A stretch of 64,000 nt of DNA from Sphyrna mokarran (GCA_024679065.1 JAGIQG010000012.1:87358001-87422000); one strand, 5' to 3'. Numbered from the stretch's first letter, positions 50,441 through 63,543 are shown. Notes: generated from the sequence alone by a model not told the origin. Numbers and translations are program-made.

Positions 50441-52604
50441 GTGGCCACATTTAGGGTGCTGTGTTCATTTCTGCTTGCCACATTACTGGAATGATGTCAT
50501 GTGTGGAACTCTGAGAATGTGTTGCAAAGTTAAGAGTGCTGCACAAATGCAGAGTGTTGTTGTTGATTGGAGTTTGCACCAATCCATCAATCAGCTTTTG
50601 CATTTTGACCTTATATGGGTTTGAAATGTGGTGTGAGTGAAGATAGAGGTTGATAAATGGACAAACAAAAATAGGGCATTGGAGCTGTGATTTTCTCTTT
50701 CTCTTTTCAACTCACTAATAAAACCAATCTTCAATAAAATATCCAGTTCACTGATCATTGCAATCTGCCTCTCTGGAATCCAGCTGATTCACTGAAAAGT
50801 TTTCAAAATACCTAATGGTAGCCTGTGAATATTTAAGATGATAAAGCAATCACACCCCAGACAACTCGAAGTAGCTGCACAATCATGTGTTCTGGGCAAC
50901 TCCTTCACTTCAGTACAAATGACAAATGGTGTGAGTTTTCAGTCTGAGAGAGGCTGCTGCCCCTGATAAGCGTAGATACTGTAAGGAATAAGTCTGCATT
51001 TATCTAACGCCACATTCTGACTGTAAAGGGTTAAGGCCCAAGGCTGCTCACAGTGATATTTTTCAGCCTGACTCCATCAGCCTGGATTTATTCTTAATAA
51101 TATTGAGTTCAGAGTGAAGCAGATTCCAGGTGTATTTGCTGTATAGAAACGTGTGTATTTTATGGACATTCAGCCCCATTAGACTGTTGCAGCATTGGAT
51201 CCCATTGGATCCTGATTGGCCGGTATCTGAATTCTATTCAACTTAAAGAATGGTTTGGGTTCCGGTATAATTCCTAAAATCCATCAGTAATTTCTAAAGG
51301 AGCTTTCAGATACTTGGGTGGGCAGCCTTTGCCTCTCCATTTGGAGCCACTGTTCTGCTCAATCCCACCTTCAGCCCCACCTTTGAAGCCATTGTCATCA
51401 GTAAAATCCTCTCTCTCCCCATGGTTATTACCCTTGGGATGAACCCACCTCACTCCCTTCAATCCAAGGCTCACAGATAGCAACGGCTCCAACTGCTTTC
51501 ACCAATCATTGGCATCACTGGATGGGCCACTCAGGCACCATCAGGCCCTGCTATCCCCTCCCAAAACCATTCGCTACTCCAGCATCATCCTGGAATGCAA
51601 AGGAAGCTCTTTCCATCTTTTCTCCATTCACAAACATCCCCTTACATCCCTCTCCTGTCAACCCACTGGCTCACATCAAAACTCTCTCGAGGTTCAGTTG
51701 GGGTCTGTAGTTTCCGTGTGTCTCCCCTTGTCTCTCTCCCCTCCCCTTGGGGTGTGGGTCCTGCATTGCAGAGTATTGTGAATGATCACAGCATCCCCAG
51801 CAGTGGCAATGCTCCTATAGTTTAGCTTTAAGTGGTACTAAATATTCTGGATGTCAGGCTCCAGCTGATGTGGAGCCAATGAACAGCGCAGTTAGAGCAG
51901 GCTGACCACAGAAACCACGACAATGAGCAGCGAGAAAAAGTGAATGTTCTGCTTCCATCTTGCTGAATGGGTGTGTGTTAAACACACGCTGCTGTTCAAG
52001 CTGCAAGGGGGGGGTTTCGGGGAGTGGAGAGTGGGGTGGGGTCTGGTGGGGGAGGGGGGGAGGAGGTGGAGGGTGAGAGTTCCAATCAGTCCCCATGTTG
52101 TCAGTTTTCTCTCCTCTTTAACACTCTGCCCAGGATCGAGTTTCTGGTTATTTGTCCTCATGTCTCTTTCTTTGCTTTTAGGTTATTTTCTCTGTTGACA
52201 ATCCTGTGAGGATTTTCCTCGTTTAAGGGGCTATATAAATACTGGTTGTTGTTATTACCAAGAGACAGAGGATTTGATTCCGGTGATTTTCAATAAATGT
52301 TCCAACTATCTACATTTCTGTAACTATTGTCTCTCTCACTGTGTGAATTCTTCATGTTAAACCAACTTATTGTAGGGAGCTTCACACAACAAATGATAAA
52401 CCTCACTTATAACAGTTCCACCCAGGAAAGGGAGTAACCACTGGCTCATTGTCACCGTTTCCTCTTTATCTACACTTTAAATTTATTCGCTGGTGAAGAA
52501 ATGGATATGAAACCAGCTGCAGTTGTTGGGACATTTTGTGTTTCAATGTGTTTACTGGACACACAATAAACGGTGTGGAGAAACAGGATTGTCACTCTGT
52601 CGAG

Positions 52605-52656
52605 ATGATCAGTAAAACTCTTTTTGTTCTAACTCTGTCTCTCTGTGTTTCTGGGG
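52605..52656 (+). pseudogene. Gene C: orphan leader exon (MISKTLFVLTLSLCVSG) with no V exon downstream
   Basis: Same coding sequence as 27591-27642, donor weakened to GTAATT. Homology to gene B stops at about 53050. Confidence 0.75.
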
Positions 52657-53049
52657 GTAATTACAAGTTATGGTTTGGTTTGGAGAAGTTTCACTTGAGA
52701 TTAAAATATCTCTCCCTGGTTTATGCTGCTGTGTGTGTCAGCTCCTGTATTGTGTGTGGATTCCACAGTTAGAACATTCAGAACTGGATATGAGTCTTAC
52801 AGGAGAATTTATCATTGTATTGAGATAGTTTAGTGTATCTGACACAGAATTACACAGACTGGGAACACGGATCACAGAACTGAGTGTTCCACCATTCTTT
52901 CCAGTTTAATGGGACCATGGGTTTGACTGACAGTCTGTACATTAATTGGGTGTATTTGTGGGCACTGCAAGGCAGCAGTGTTAAACACTGTGCCACCGTT
53001 CCACCCCACCACTAGTAACACTACCCCACCTCCTGTTTCATATTTTCCT

Positions 53050-53375
53050 GGACAACACGACAGCTCAGTGACTATCGCTGTGCTGTGCAGATACATGGAT
53101 TTGGGTCTGTGTCTGTGGGAGTTTGCGCATTCTCCCCGTGTTTGCATGGGTTTTCTCCGGGTGCTCTGGTTTCCTCCCACATCCCAAAGATGTGCTCTTA
53201 GGCTAATTGGCAAAACAAATTCTCCCTAAATTGTCTCAAATTTGGTTTTTAATCCATAGATCTATAAATATGGACAGGGATCACGGGTAGAGATGGGAAT
53301 ATCGGGGTGGCGGCGCGGGCTCATTGGGCCGAAGGGCCTGTTTCCCGTGCTGTTTTGTTCTTTGTTCTTTGTTCA
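53050..53375 (+). mobile_element. 5'-truncated 3' UTR (V domain and tail) of the CR1/V-SINE chimeric family
   Basis: Near-identical to 57795-58100; (TTCTTTG)n tail. Confidence 0.85.
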
Positions 53376-53554
53376 ATAGTGCAAGGATTGTTTCCAGTGA
53401 TGACATGTTCTGAAATGTCCAAAATTCAGATGCCCATTGGCCTGTGATGAACTTTTTAATGTGACTGGAACCAAAGAGTTCAACACACATCTTTGTTTAA
53501 GGTTAAAATTTCTGTTTATGATGAAAGCATCTCACTTTCAAACTTAACCTGGAG

Positions 53555-53766
53555 TTATCATCACTATTTCCCAATGTGTTATGATCACTATTTCCCAATG
53601 TGTTATGATCACTATTTCCCAATGTGTTATGATCACTATTTCCCAATGTGTTATGATCACTATTTCCCAATGTGTTATGATCACTATTTCCCAATGTGTT
53701 ATGATCACTATTTCCCAATGTGTTATGATCACTATTTCCCAATGTGTTATCATCACTATTTCCCAG
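53555..53766. repeat. 24-bp minisatellite (ATCACTATTTCCCAATGTGTTATG) x about 9
   Basis: Perfect tandem repeats, visible as periodic peptides in the ORF track. Confidence 0.97.
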
Positions 53767-55942
53767 TGTATCTTTTGCTGTGACATTAATAATTCACCCT
53801 GTGTTTTGCATTGATTTTTCAGGGAGTAAGCTACAATTAAAGTTGGGTCACAAATCCTTCAAAACAACTCAAAGGGTTCATGAAGTGGGCCTTTACCTAC
53901 CTTTGTAGGTAATTAAGGATGACCAATAAATGCCAACCTTGCCCAGGGCACCTACCTCGCTGTGGCTGCCCACTCCAAGCTAGGTGCCAGATTTTTTTCA
54001 TAAATCATTAAATTGAACACATTATAATCTTTCATTTTTTTTTATTTAAAATGACGGCATTTTCTGAAATGTACATAACTCAGCTGCTCATTGGCCTGTG
54101 ATCCAACTGCAACCAAAGAGTTCAACATCAAACCTTCGCTGTCAGCGGGGGTGACATTGGAATCACCCGCTAATAGGGAGACCAGGTAACATGCCGGGCA
54201 GTTGAGCACCAACACTGTGCCAGGCAGCGCCAAGGCTCAGATTGAGTTGCCAAACACATGTTGATCTAGACAAGACTTGAGAGTGAAGGTGTGTAATCCA
54301 CTCAAACATTTCAATTCTATGGGAATACCTGAGCATGTCTGGGACCTCGTCGAAGCCCCGGTTTTAGAACGCTCGCTCACAAAGGCACTTTCTCTATTGT
54401 CATTACCTATAGGCTGGCTGTTACCCAATCAGAATTGGTCATTACTGATGGGTCTTTGAATGCAATCGACTGATATTCATTTTTATATAAATACTTTAAA
54501 CAAATTCATATTCTTTATGCTTTCATTAACATTATCAAATTCAGAATGCAGCGTGTGATTATTTTATGAATATTTAAATCATTTTGAAGCAAGCTGTGAC
54601 TTTGGGGCTGGTTCAGATCTGAAACCATGCTGGTTCATGTGGGAGGACAGGACATTGTCCTTTCCCTGCTCCACCTCACAAATCATTTCTGTACAACCCC
54701 ATTAGAGATCTCTAGTGCAACATTTTCTCCAGACTTCCCTTCATCTGTGACTCCCAGAGTGAGAAGATGGTGGGTTCTGCTTCCCACCACATTGCAGTGA
54801 AAACACTGCCTCCAGCTTTTTCAACCTTGGCCTGATTCCACTCAGTTCAGCGTCCCACATTCATCATTCAGAAAAATACCCCGATCTCCCTGAACCCAAT
54901 CAGAGAGACAGTTCGAGGAATGGAGTCACAGAATCTCCATTCCACAGCTCCAGGCACAAGGCAGATAGGTGTTCAAATCCTCAGGTGTCACGCCAATTGG
55001 TACAACACACACATTGGGTCATGCCAATTGGTACAGGTCACACACTGATCCCTCCATCCAGCCTACCTTACACAAGATCAACAACCTGTGCCTGAGAGTG
55101 AGAGGTAATTAACAGGCTCACTGTGTGGGAGAGAAGGAAGGATTGGCTGGTCAGGTAAACTCAGCAGGAAATTACTGGATCTGAATGTGTCCTCACACAG
55201 TGGGAGCTGGCAAACGGGCACACATACCCTCACTGCCTTGTGACAAAATGCTGTCCTTTCCCACTGAGAATAGTTATCTCAAACGCAACACACCTGACAA
55301 GAGCCCATTCCATTCCAAACGCCTCAGTCCTGATGAAATCTCTCTCTCTCTCCCCACAGGTACTGCCTGAGAATTTACCTTTTTCATGTCTAAAACCACA
55401 GTGAGTCTGACTTAAAAGAAACACGCAGGATGAGGGTGTCGCTGGGCAAGACCAGCATTTGTTGCTGACCCTAATTGCTCTTGAACGGAGTGACTGCAAG
55501 GCCAATTCGGAGACAGCCATATTGCTGTGGGTCTGGAGTCACGTATAGACCAGGCCTCACTCTCCAGCTGCTGGGAATGGTCAAAGTCTACACTCAGTAT
55601 TATTCCTCGCAGACTCCAGTCCCTCAATGCGGTCTGATTAATCTCTGTAAACTGTGGGAGCTCGGACAGACACTCACAACTTTCACCTCCATCTTCCTGT
55701 TAAATATAGCTGCAGTAAAATCGCAGAGTTCATTCTCTTTCCCGAGACAGACCGATCCAGAATGAAATGGACCCTCCAGCTATCACTGGCTATTCAGTTA
55801 TCATCCCAGATCCAGCAATGCCAGCTCGCCCTGAGTGGGGTAAATCCACTCCGTCCCTATCCGGAAAGTTCCATTTCACAGCGGCAACTGACAGGGAGGG
55901 GGCGGGTTCGCTCTGGAATCCTCACCAATCACCCAGCGGCGT

Positions 55943-56054
55943 TTAATCGTGGAAGCGTTGACATGCTTTCTTCCACTTGCAGGCCGTACACCATTGGCTC
56001 CTGTTCTCCACACCATACACCTTGCGACATTTCTTAGCTTCACCGCGGACCCTC
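55943..56054 (-). CDS. ZNF395: ZNF395-family last exon, C-clamp domain ([36 protein letters not shown])
   Basis: Near-invariant C-clamp C-terminus of ZNF395/ZNF704/SLC2A4RG; stop TAA at 55943-55945; preceded by an 89-bp intron. Confidence 0.92.
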
Positions 56055-56143
56055 CTGTCAATCAGTAAAAAACAAACCCTTACTTGTCCGTTCAGTGTCT
56101 GGAGAAAGGAATAAAATTTCCCAGGTCCTCTCCCCTCACTCAC

Positions 56144-56262
56144 CTGTTTGCACTGAGGGTCTGAGTCGTTGAAGCAAAAACAATGTGTGGTTTGAGTGAA
56201 GCCACTGGTGACTGAATCACACAATCTCCAAACGTGAAGGTACAACTGTAATCTGGAGAGAC
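56144..56262 (-). CDS. ZNF395: ZNF395-family penultimate exon ([40 protein letters not shown])
   Basis: ttttctattccAG acceptor and GTGAGT donor, 119 bp, phase 0 to 2, in frame with the last exon. Confidence 0.8.
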
Positions 56263-56289
56263 CTGGAATAGAAAAAGATCAAAGTTTAC

Positions 56290-57106
56290 TGTCCATTCCC
56301 AGTGACCCATTCACTGCCCATTCCCAGTGACCCAGTCACTGACCATTCCCAGTGACCCAGTCACTGCCCATTCCCAGTGACCCAGTCACTGCCCATTCCC
56401 AGTGACCCAGTCACTGACCATTCCCAGTGACCCAGTCACTGCCCATTCCCAGTGACCCAGTCACTGACCATTCCCAGTGACCCAGTCACTGACCATTCCC
56501 AGTGACCCAGTCACTGACCATTCCCAGTGACCCAGTCACTGCCCATCCCCAGTGACCCAGTCACTGCCCATTCCCAGTGACCCAGTCCTGCCCATTCCCA
56601 GTGACCCGTCACTGCCATCCCAGTGACCCAGTCACTGCCCATTCCCGTGACCCAGTCACTGCCCATTCCCAGTGACCCAGTCACTGACCATTCCCAGTGA
56701 CCCAGTCACTGCCCATTCCCAGTGACCCAGTCACTGACCATTCCCAGTGACCCAGTCACTGCCCATTCCCAGTGACCCAGTCACTGCCCATTCCCAGTGA
56801 CCCAGTCACTGCCCATTCCCAGTGACCCAGTCACTGACCATTCCCAGTGACCCAGTCACTGCCCATTCCCAGTGACCCAGTCACTGACCATTCCCAGTGA
56901 CCCAGTCACTGCCCATTCCCAGTGACCCAGTCACTGCCCATTCCCAGTGACCCATTCACTGCCCATTCCCAGTGACCCAGTCACTGACCATTCCCAGTGA
57001 CCCAGTCACTGACCATTCCCAGTGACCCAGTCACTGACCATTTCCAGTGACCCCAGTCACTGACCATTCCCAGTGACCCAGTCACTGACCATTTCCAGTG
57101 ACCCAG
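56290..57106. repeat. 25-bp minisatellite ((A/C)CCATTCCCAGTGACCCAGTCACTG) x about 33
   Basis: Tandem array with a 25-bp period. Leftover units occur at about 58108 and 59385-59408. Confidence 0.97.
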
Positions 57107-57109
57107 TTG

Positions 57110-58100
57110 GTTGGATCTCATTTGGAATATTGCATCCAGTTCTGGTCGCCTTACTACCGGAAGGATGTGGAGACTCTGGAGAGAGTGCAGAGGAGGTTTA
57201 CCAGGATGCTGCCTGGTATGGAAGGTCTGAGTTACGAGGAGAGGTTAGGCAAATTGGGACTGTTTTCCTTAGAAAGACGTAGAATTAGAGGAGGTCTAAT
57301 AGAGGTGTACAAGATTATGAGGGGTAATAGATAGAGTAAACAGGGTTAAGCTTTTTCCTAGGATGGACTCAAATAGCACGAGGGGTCACGGGCTTAGGGT
57401 GAGGGGGGTAAGGTATAATTTGGATGCTAGAGGGAGTTTTTTCACACAGAGGGTGGTGGGGATATGGAATGCGCTGCCAAGTAAAGTGGTGGAGGCAGGT
57501 ACTCTGGAGTTATTTAAGAAATACTTAGATGGGCACATGAACAGAATGGGAATGGAGGGGTATAGAAAACTGATTTAAAATAGGGATCATGAGCCTTGGG
57601 AGTCCCTGGGAAGTGTGTAAATAGATGATGATATTGATGTACTTGTTTTTATCCTACAGGTGCTTTGGTCCACCTTGTTGTCTAATGAGGGGCAGACACG
57701 CGATGGTTCGTGAGAGGGCTGCTCTTGGATTTTTTTTGAGAGTATCCCAGTGCTTCACGTCGTTAGTGTACGCTTGACCTGGACCATTTGATGAGCAACA
57801 CGACAGCTCAGTGACTATCGCTGTGCTGTGCAGATACATGGATTTGGGCCTGTGTCTGTGGGAGTTTGCGCATTCTCCCCGTGCTTGCGTGGGTTTTCTC
57901 CGGGTGCTCCGGTTTCCTCCCACATCCCAAAGATGTGCTCTTAGGCTAATTGGCAAAACAAATTCTCCCTAAATTATCTCAAATTTGGTTTTTAATCCAT
58001 AGATCTATAAACATAGACAAGGATCATGGGTAGAGGTGGGAACATCGGGGTGGTGGTGCAGCGGAAAGGCCTGTTTCCCATGCTGTTTTATTCTTTGTTC
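57110..58100 (+). mobile_element. CR1 fragment with V-SINE domain in its 3' UTR
   Basis: HLEYCIQFWSPYY..VVGIWNALP peptides, then a UTR homologous to 24640-25100. Confidence 0.85.
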
Positions 58101-58117
58101 ACTGTCTATTCCCAGTG

Positions 58118-59388
58118 AGAACTCAGTAAGAACTTAGCAACACCAATTTATAATCCAACCAATTTATTTGATAGTAAATTTGCGAGCTTTCGGCACTCTG
58201 TGTCTTCGTCAGGCAAATGCAGTGTTCTGGTCTGCAATAGCACACATCAGCACAGACAGTCAGAGATTGCTGATTAGAATGCGAATCCTTACATCTAACC
58301 TGCTATTCAAGTGTTAAAGTGGCTAACAATGTGTGTGAAGGGAATCCTGAGCATTGTTAGAGAATTGTGTATTTTCTCCAGACAGCACAGTAAGTGAGGT
58401 TTTTTGCTAACCCAGGCAAGTTACGGGGGTTACAGATAGTGTGTCATGAAGCCAAGATCCCTATTAAGACCGTCCTCATGTGTGCGGAACTTGGCTATCA
58501 GTCTCTGCTCAGCGACTCTGCGCTGTCGTGTGTCACGAAGGCCCCCTTGAAGAACATTTACCCGCAGGTCGGAGGCCGAATGCCCATGACTGCTGAAGTG
58601 TTCGCCCACAGGAAGGGAACTGTTTTGCCTGGTGATTGTTGAGCGATGCTCATTCATCCGCTGTCGTAGTGTCTGCATGGTCTCCCCAATGTACCATGCT
58701 TCGGGACATCCTTTCTTGCAACGTATTAGGTAGACAACGTTGGCCGAGTTGCAAGAGTATGTACCGTGTACCTGGTGAATGGTATCCTCACGTTTGATGA
58801 TGTCGTCCATGTCTATGATCTGGCATGTCTTGCAGAGGTTGCTGTGGCAGGGTTGTGTGGTATTGTGGTCACTGTTCTCCTGAAGGTTGGGTAGTTTGCT
58901 GCGAACAATGATCCGTATGAGGTTGTGCGGTTGTCTGAAAGCAAGAAGTGGGGAGGTGGGGATGGCCCTAGCGAGATGTTCATCCGCACACATGAGGATG
59001 GTCTTAATAGGGATCTTGGCTTCATGACACACTATCTGTAACCCCCGTAACTTGCCTGGGTTAGCAAAAAACCTCACTTACTGTGCTGTCTGGAGAAAAT
59101 ACACAATTCTCTAACCAATGCTCAGGATTCCCTTCACACACATTGTTAGCCACTTTAACCCTTGAATAGCAGGTTAGATGTAAGGATTCACATTCTAATC
59201 AGCAATCTGTGACTGTGTTGATATGTGTGTTATTGCAGACCAGAACACTGCATTTGCCTGACGAAGACACAGAGTGGCGAAAGCTCGCAAATTTACTATC
59301 AAATAAATCGGTTGGATTTAAAATTGGTGTCGCTAGATTCTTACTGAGTTCTTACTACCCCAGTCCAACGCTGGCATCTCTACATCAT
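58118..59388 (-). mobile_element. Penelope-like element with intact GIY-YIG fragment and inverted terminal repeat
   Basis: ORF 58430-59077 (NVVYLIRC..WYIGET..R.NEH). 58118-58485 is an inverted copy of about 58985-59350. Flanked by ATTCCCAGTGA. Confidence 0.92.
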
Positions 59389-61156
59389 TCCCAGTGACCC
59401 AGTCACTGTTCAGTCTCAGTCAATATCCAACCCCATTGATCCATAGAATCAAACTATGCAGAAAAGGCTCTTCAAGTCTACCCAGTCAGCACCAACAATA
59501 ATTACCATTAAAATTATATTAATCCCATTTTCCACTCTTGTCCCAGATTCTACAATATTAGGATATTCCAATATTCATCCAAATATTTTTGAAAGTTTGT
59601 AAGGTTTCCGTCCTCCACTACCTTCCCAGGCAGAACATTCCAGATTCCCAGCACCCTCTAAGTGAAAGATTTTTTCAAATCCCCCCAGAATCTCCTGTCC
59701 ATCTCCCTAAAACTCTGCTCCCTCGTGATTGACCCCTCAACCCAGGGGAACAGCGGCTCCCTTTCATCCTGTCTGTACTCCTCATTATCATATACACCTT
59801 AATCATGGCCCCACCTCAGCCTCTCAGCTCCAAAGAAAACAGTCTCTCCTTATTGCTGACATGCCCCCTCCCCAGGCAGCATCCTAGTGAATCTCCTCTC
59901 TATCCCATCCAGTGCAATCACATCCTCCCTATAGTGAGGTGATCATAACTGCAGAGAATACTCCAGCTGTGGCCTGACCAAAGCTTTGTACAACTCTGAT
60001 ATTATCTCCTTGCTTTTGTACTCTGTACCACAACTGAGAAAAGCAAGTGTCTCATAATCCTTCTGAACTATCCCATTTAGCTGCTCCGCCACATTCAGGG
60101 ATCTGTGAATAATTACCCCAAAATTCACATGAACCAGCCTCCCATCCATTGGCTCCGTCTACACTTCCCGTTGCCTTGGAAAAGCAGCCAGCGTAATCGA
60201 GGACCCCCACGCACCCAGACATTCTCTCTTCCATCAGGGAAAGATACAAAATCCTGAGGTCACGTATCAACCAACTCAAGAACAGCTTCTTCCTTATTGA
60301 TGTCAGGCTTTTGAATGGACTTACTTTGCATTAAGTTGATCTTTCTCTCCACTCTAGCTATGACTGTTTCACTAACTTCTGCACCTTTTTCTTTCTTTCT
60401 CCCCTATGTACTCTCTGAATGGTATGCTTTACATAGCACGTTTAAGAATTACCCGGATAGTCACATGAGCAGTCTGGGAATGGAGGGATACAAACGAATG
60501 GTCTAGTTGGGCCAATGAGCGGCGCAGGCTTGGAGGGGCCGAAGGGCCTGTTTCCTGTGCTGTTCTGTTCTTTGTTCACACAAGAAACATTACTTTTCAG
60601 TGTATCCTAATACATGCAACAATAATAAATCAAATCAAAACTCTGTTCCTTTCAGCTAGCCGATGCCTTGCCAGTCATTAAATCCCCCTGAGTTCATCAC
60701 TTGTCAGGGTTAAATACCATCTGTCACTGCTCCATCTATCTGACCAACCCATCTATATCTTCCTGTAACCTACAACCATCTTCTTCAATCTCGGTGTCAT
60801 CTTTAAACATGCTCAGCTTCCCCCTCCACATTTTGATCGATATTATTTATATATATAACAACAAGGAAGCCAGCAATGAAGCTTGTGGTACGTCATTGGA
60901 CATCGGCCTCCAGTCACTCAGCTTTCTACCACCACACTTTGATTATTAAGGTTCGGATCCATCTCACCAAGCTTCCCAATTCAAAGTGTTTTAACCTTTT
61001 CAATCTCCCACGTGGTATCTTGTTAAAGGCTTTGCTAAAATCCACACAAACTCCATCAGCTGAACGCTGTCACTGTCCATCCCAGCGGCTGGGTAAGGTG
61101 TAGAACAGGCTTCTCGAGTAGATCCTGTTTGGGGATGGAGACTACTGTTCCCTCAC

Positions 61157-61400
61157 CTGATAGGTGTGATCCACACACACTTGCCAGAGGCAGCTCGGAG
61201 CAGACTGGCTGAGAGTGTTTGGGAGCTGGGATTCCGAGGGGCTTTCTCGTGGGTTGACGGGAACGTGCTGAGTCTCCAGGACAGCAGGTGGAGAGATACA
61301 ACGCCGAGTGCTCAGACCCTCCGGGACAGGATCACCACTCACTGGAATCTCCGTGTAATAGAAATCTTCCTCTCCGTCGCTGAGGTCAGAATCAGTGCGT
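61157..61400 (-). CDS. ZNF395: ZNF395-family exon (RTDSDLSDGEEDFYYTEI...LSQSAPSCLWQVCVDHTYQ)
   Basis: Family signature EEDFYYTE and LSxSAP..DHxYQ; ttttgttgggacAG acceptor, GTGAGG donor; 244 bp, phase 2 to 0. Confidence 0.88.
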
Positions 61401-62249
61401 CTGTCCCAACAAAAACAAAACACCTTCAAACACAGGAGCAACAACTCAACCTCACCTGTAGACACTCCAGGAGGATTCACTATCCTCCCTCACTCACCCC
61501 AACATGCAATCTGAGGCTATTCAACCACATGATGCTTCAGCAGTAATTTACACTTTGTTCAAGGTCACAGAAGGATGTAGGAACACAAGAACATAAGGAA
61601 TGGGAGGAGACCATTCAGCCCTTCGAGCCTGCTGCACCATTCAATGTGATCATGGCTGAATCTTAATCTTGGTACCATATCCCCGCTTTCTCCCAAGACC
61701 CCACAATGCCATTAAAATCTAAACAACAGCAAGATCTCTTTCTTGAAGATATTCCATGGCTGGCCCTTCACAGCCTCCTGTCTATCGCTTACTGCCGCTG
61801 GGATATAGAAAATTGTCAATCGCAGTCCGCAACATCCTCACCAATAAGGCTTCCACAACCGCTGGCGTAGGGAATTCCACAGGTTCACCACCGTCTGAGT
61901 GAAGAAATTACTCCTCATATCAGCCGTAATAGCCCAGCACACTGAGAGGCCATTCACCTCAGAAAGACAACGTTGGCTCTTTGACAGAGCTGTCTAACTT
62001 TCCCCAATTCCTTCCCCGTAATTCAGCAAAATTTTCTTTTGCAATTTCCGATTTTCTTTGGAGAGTTAATGTTGACCCTGCTGCTCTGAGGCAGCTGAGA
62101 CCCCAACCACTGGAAAAGTCTAATTTGTGCCCCCTCCTTCCCGACCCTGCCACCAATGGGAACAGATTCTCCCTATCTACTCAGACCACACACCCCCACC
62201 ATTTGTCATTTGGAACATCTCAATCAAATCTCCTCTCAGCCTTCTCAGC

Positions 62250-62594
62250 CTATGAAACATATAAGATGATTAGAGGTTTAGATAGGGTGGACAGTGATAG
62301 CCTTTTTCCTAGGATGGAGAAAGCTAGCACGAGGGGACATAGCTTTAAATTAAGGGGTGGTAGTTATAGGACGGATGTCAGAGGTAGGTTCTTTACCCAG
62401 AGGGTGGTAAGGGTATGGAATGCCCTGCCTGCTGCAGTTGTAGATGCGCCAAGTTTGGGGGCGTTTAAGAGGTCCATGGATAGATTTATGGATGAAAAGG
62501 GAATGGTTTAGGTTAGAGGGTCATTGCTTTTTCTTAATTCGTCGGCGCAACCGAAGGGCCTGTTCTCCGCTGTAAAGTTCTATGTTCTATGTTC
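62250..62594 (+). mobile_element. Young CR1 3' fragment
   Basis: ETYKMIRGLDRVDS..EKGMV peptide and TTCTATG tail. Confidence 0.9.
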
Positions 62595-62784
62595 TCTTCT
62601 CCAAGAAAAACAGCCCCAACCTCATCACATAACTAACATTCACGTCACTGACACTATAATGAATATTAAAATGCACCATCAAAAATATGCCTGTCACTGC
62701 AATAACATTCTACACCACTTGGGGGCAGAAAAACCTCAGAATTTCCTTCAACACAGCTTGCCCTCATAAAGCAGCACTGAGAGA

Positions 62785-63543
62785 CTTTTACTCTGTATCT
62801 AACCCCGTGTTGTACCTGTCCTGGGAGTGTTTGATGGGGACAGTGTAGAGGGAGCTTTACTCTATATCGAACCCCGTGCAGTACCTGTCCTGGGAGTGTT
62901 TGATGGGGACAGTGTAGAGGGAGCTTTACTCTGTATCTAACCCCGTGCTGTACCTATCCTGGGAGTGTTTGATGGGGGACAGTGTAGAGAGAGCTTTACT
63001 CTGTATCTAACCCCGTGCCGTACCTGTCCTGGGAGTGTTTGATGGGGGACAGTGTAGAGGGAGCTTTACTCTGTATCTAACCCCGTGCTGTACCTGTCCT
63101 GGTAGTGTTTGATGGGGGACAGTGTAGAGGGAGCTTTACTCTGTATCTAACCCCGTGCTGTATCTGTCCTGGGAGTGTTTGATGGGGGACAGTGTAGAGG
63201 GAGCTTTACTCTGTATCTAACCCCGTGCTGTACCTGTCCTGGGAGTGTTTGATGGGGGGACAGTGTAGAGGGAGCTTCACTCTGTATCTAACCCCTTGCT
63301 GTACCTGTCCTGGGAGTGTTTGATGGGGGACAGTGTAGAGGGAGCTTTACTCTGTATCTAACCCCGTGCTGTCCCTGTCCTGGGAGTGTTTGATGGGGAG
63401 ACAGTGTAGAGGGAGCTTTACTCTGTATCTAACCCCATGCTGTACCTGTCCTGGGAGTGTTCGATGGGGGGACAGTGTAGAGGGAGCTTTACTCTGTATC
63501 TAACCCCGTGCTGTACCTGTCCTGGGAGTGTTTGATGGGGGAC
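62785..63543. repeat. About 69-71-bp satellite (ACTCTGTATCTAACCCCGTGCTGTACCTGTCCTGGGAGTGTTTGATGGGGACAGTGTAGAGGGAGCTTT) x about 11
   Basis: Tandem array; unit length varies in the G run. Confidence 0.97.

Noticed and set aside
3575-53050. Duplication as an uncollapsed-haplotype assembly artefact
   Set aside because: The units differ by several CR1 insertions with clean empty sites, by entirely different tail exons and by graded divergence. This fits real paralogs, although long-read confirmation is still desirable.
61056-61125. Extra ZNF395-family exon DLLEKPVLHLTQPLGWTVTAFS*
   Set aside because: It would need an intron of about 32 nt and ends in a stop before the conserved C-clamp.
56290-63543. 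Tandem arrays (also 53555-53766) as CRISPR-like loci
   Set aside because: Units are contiguous with no unique spacers, and the context is vertebrate. These are minisatellites or satellites.
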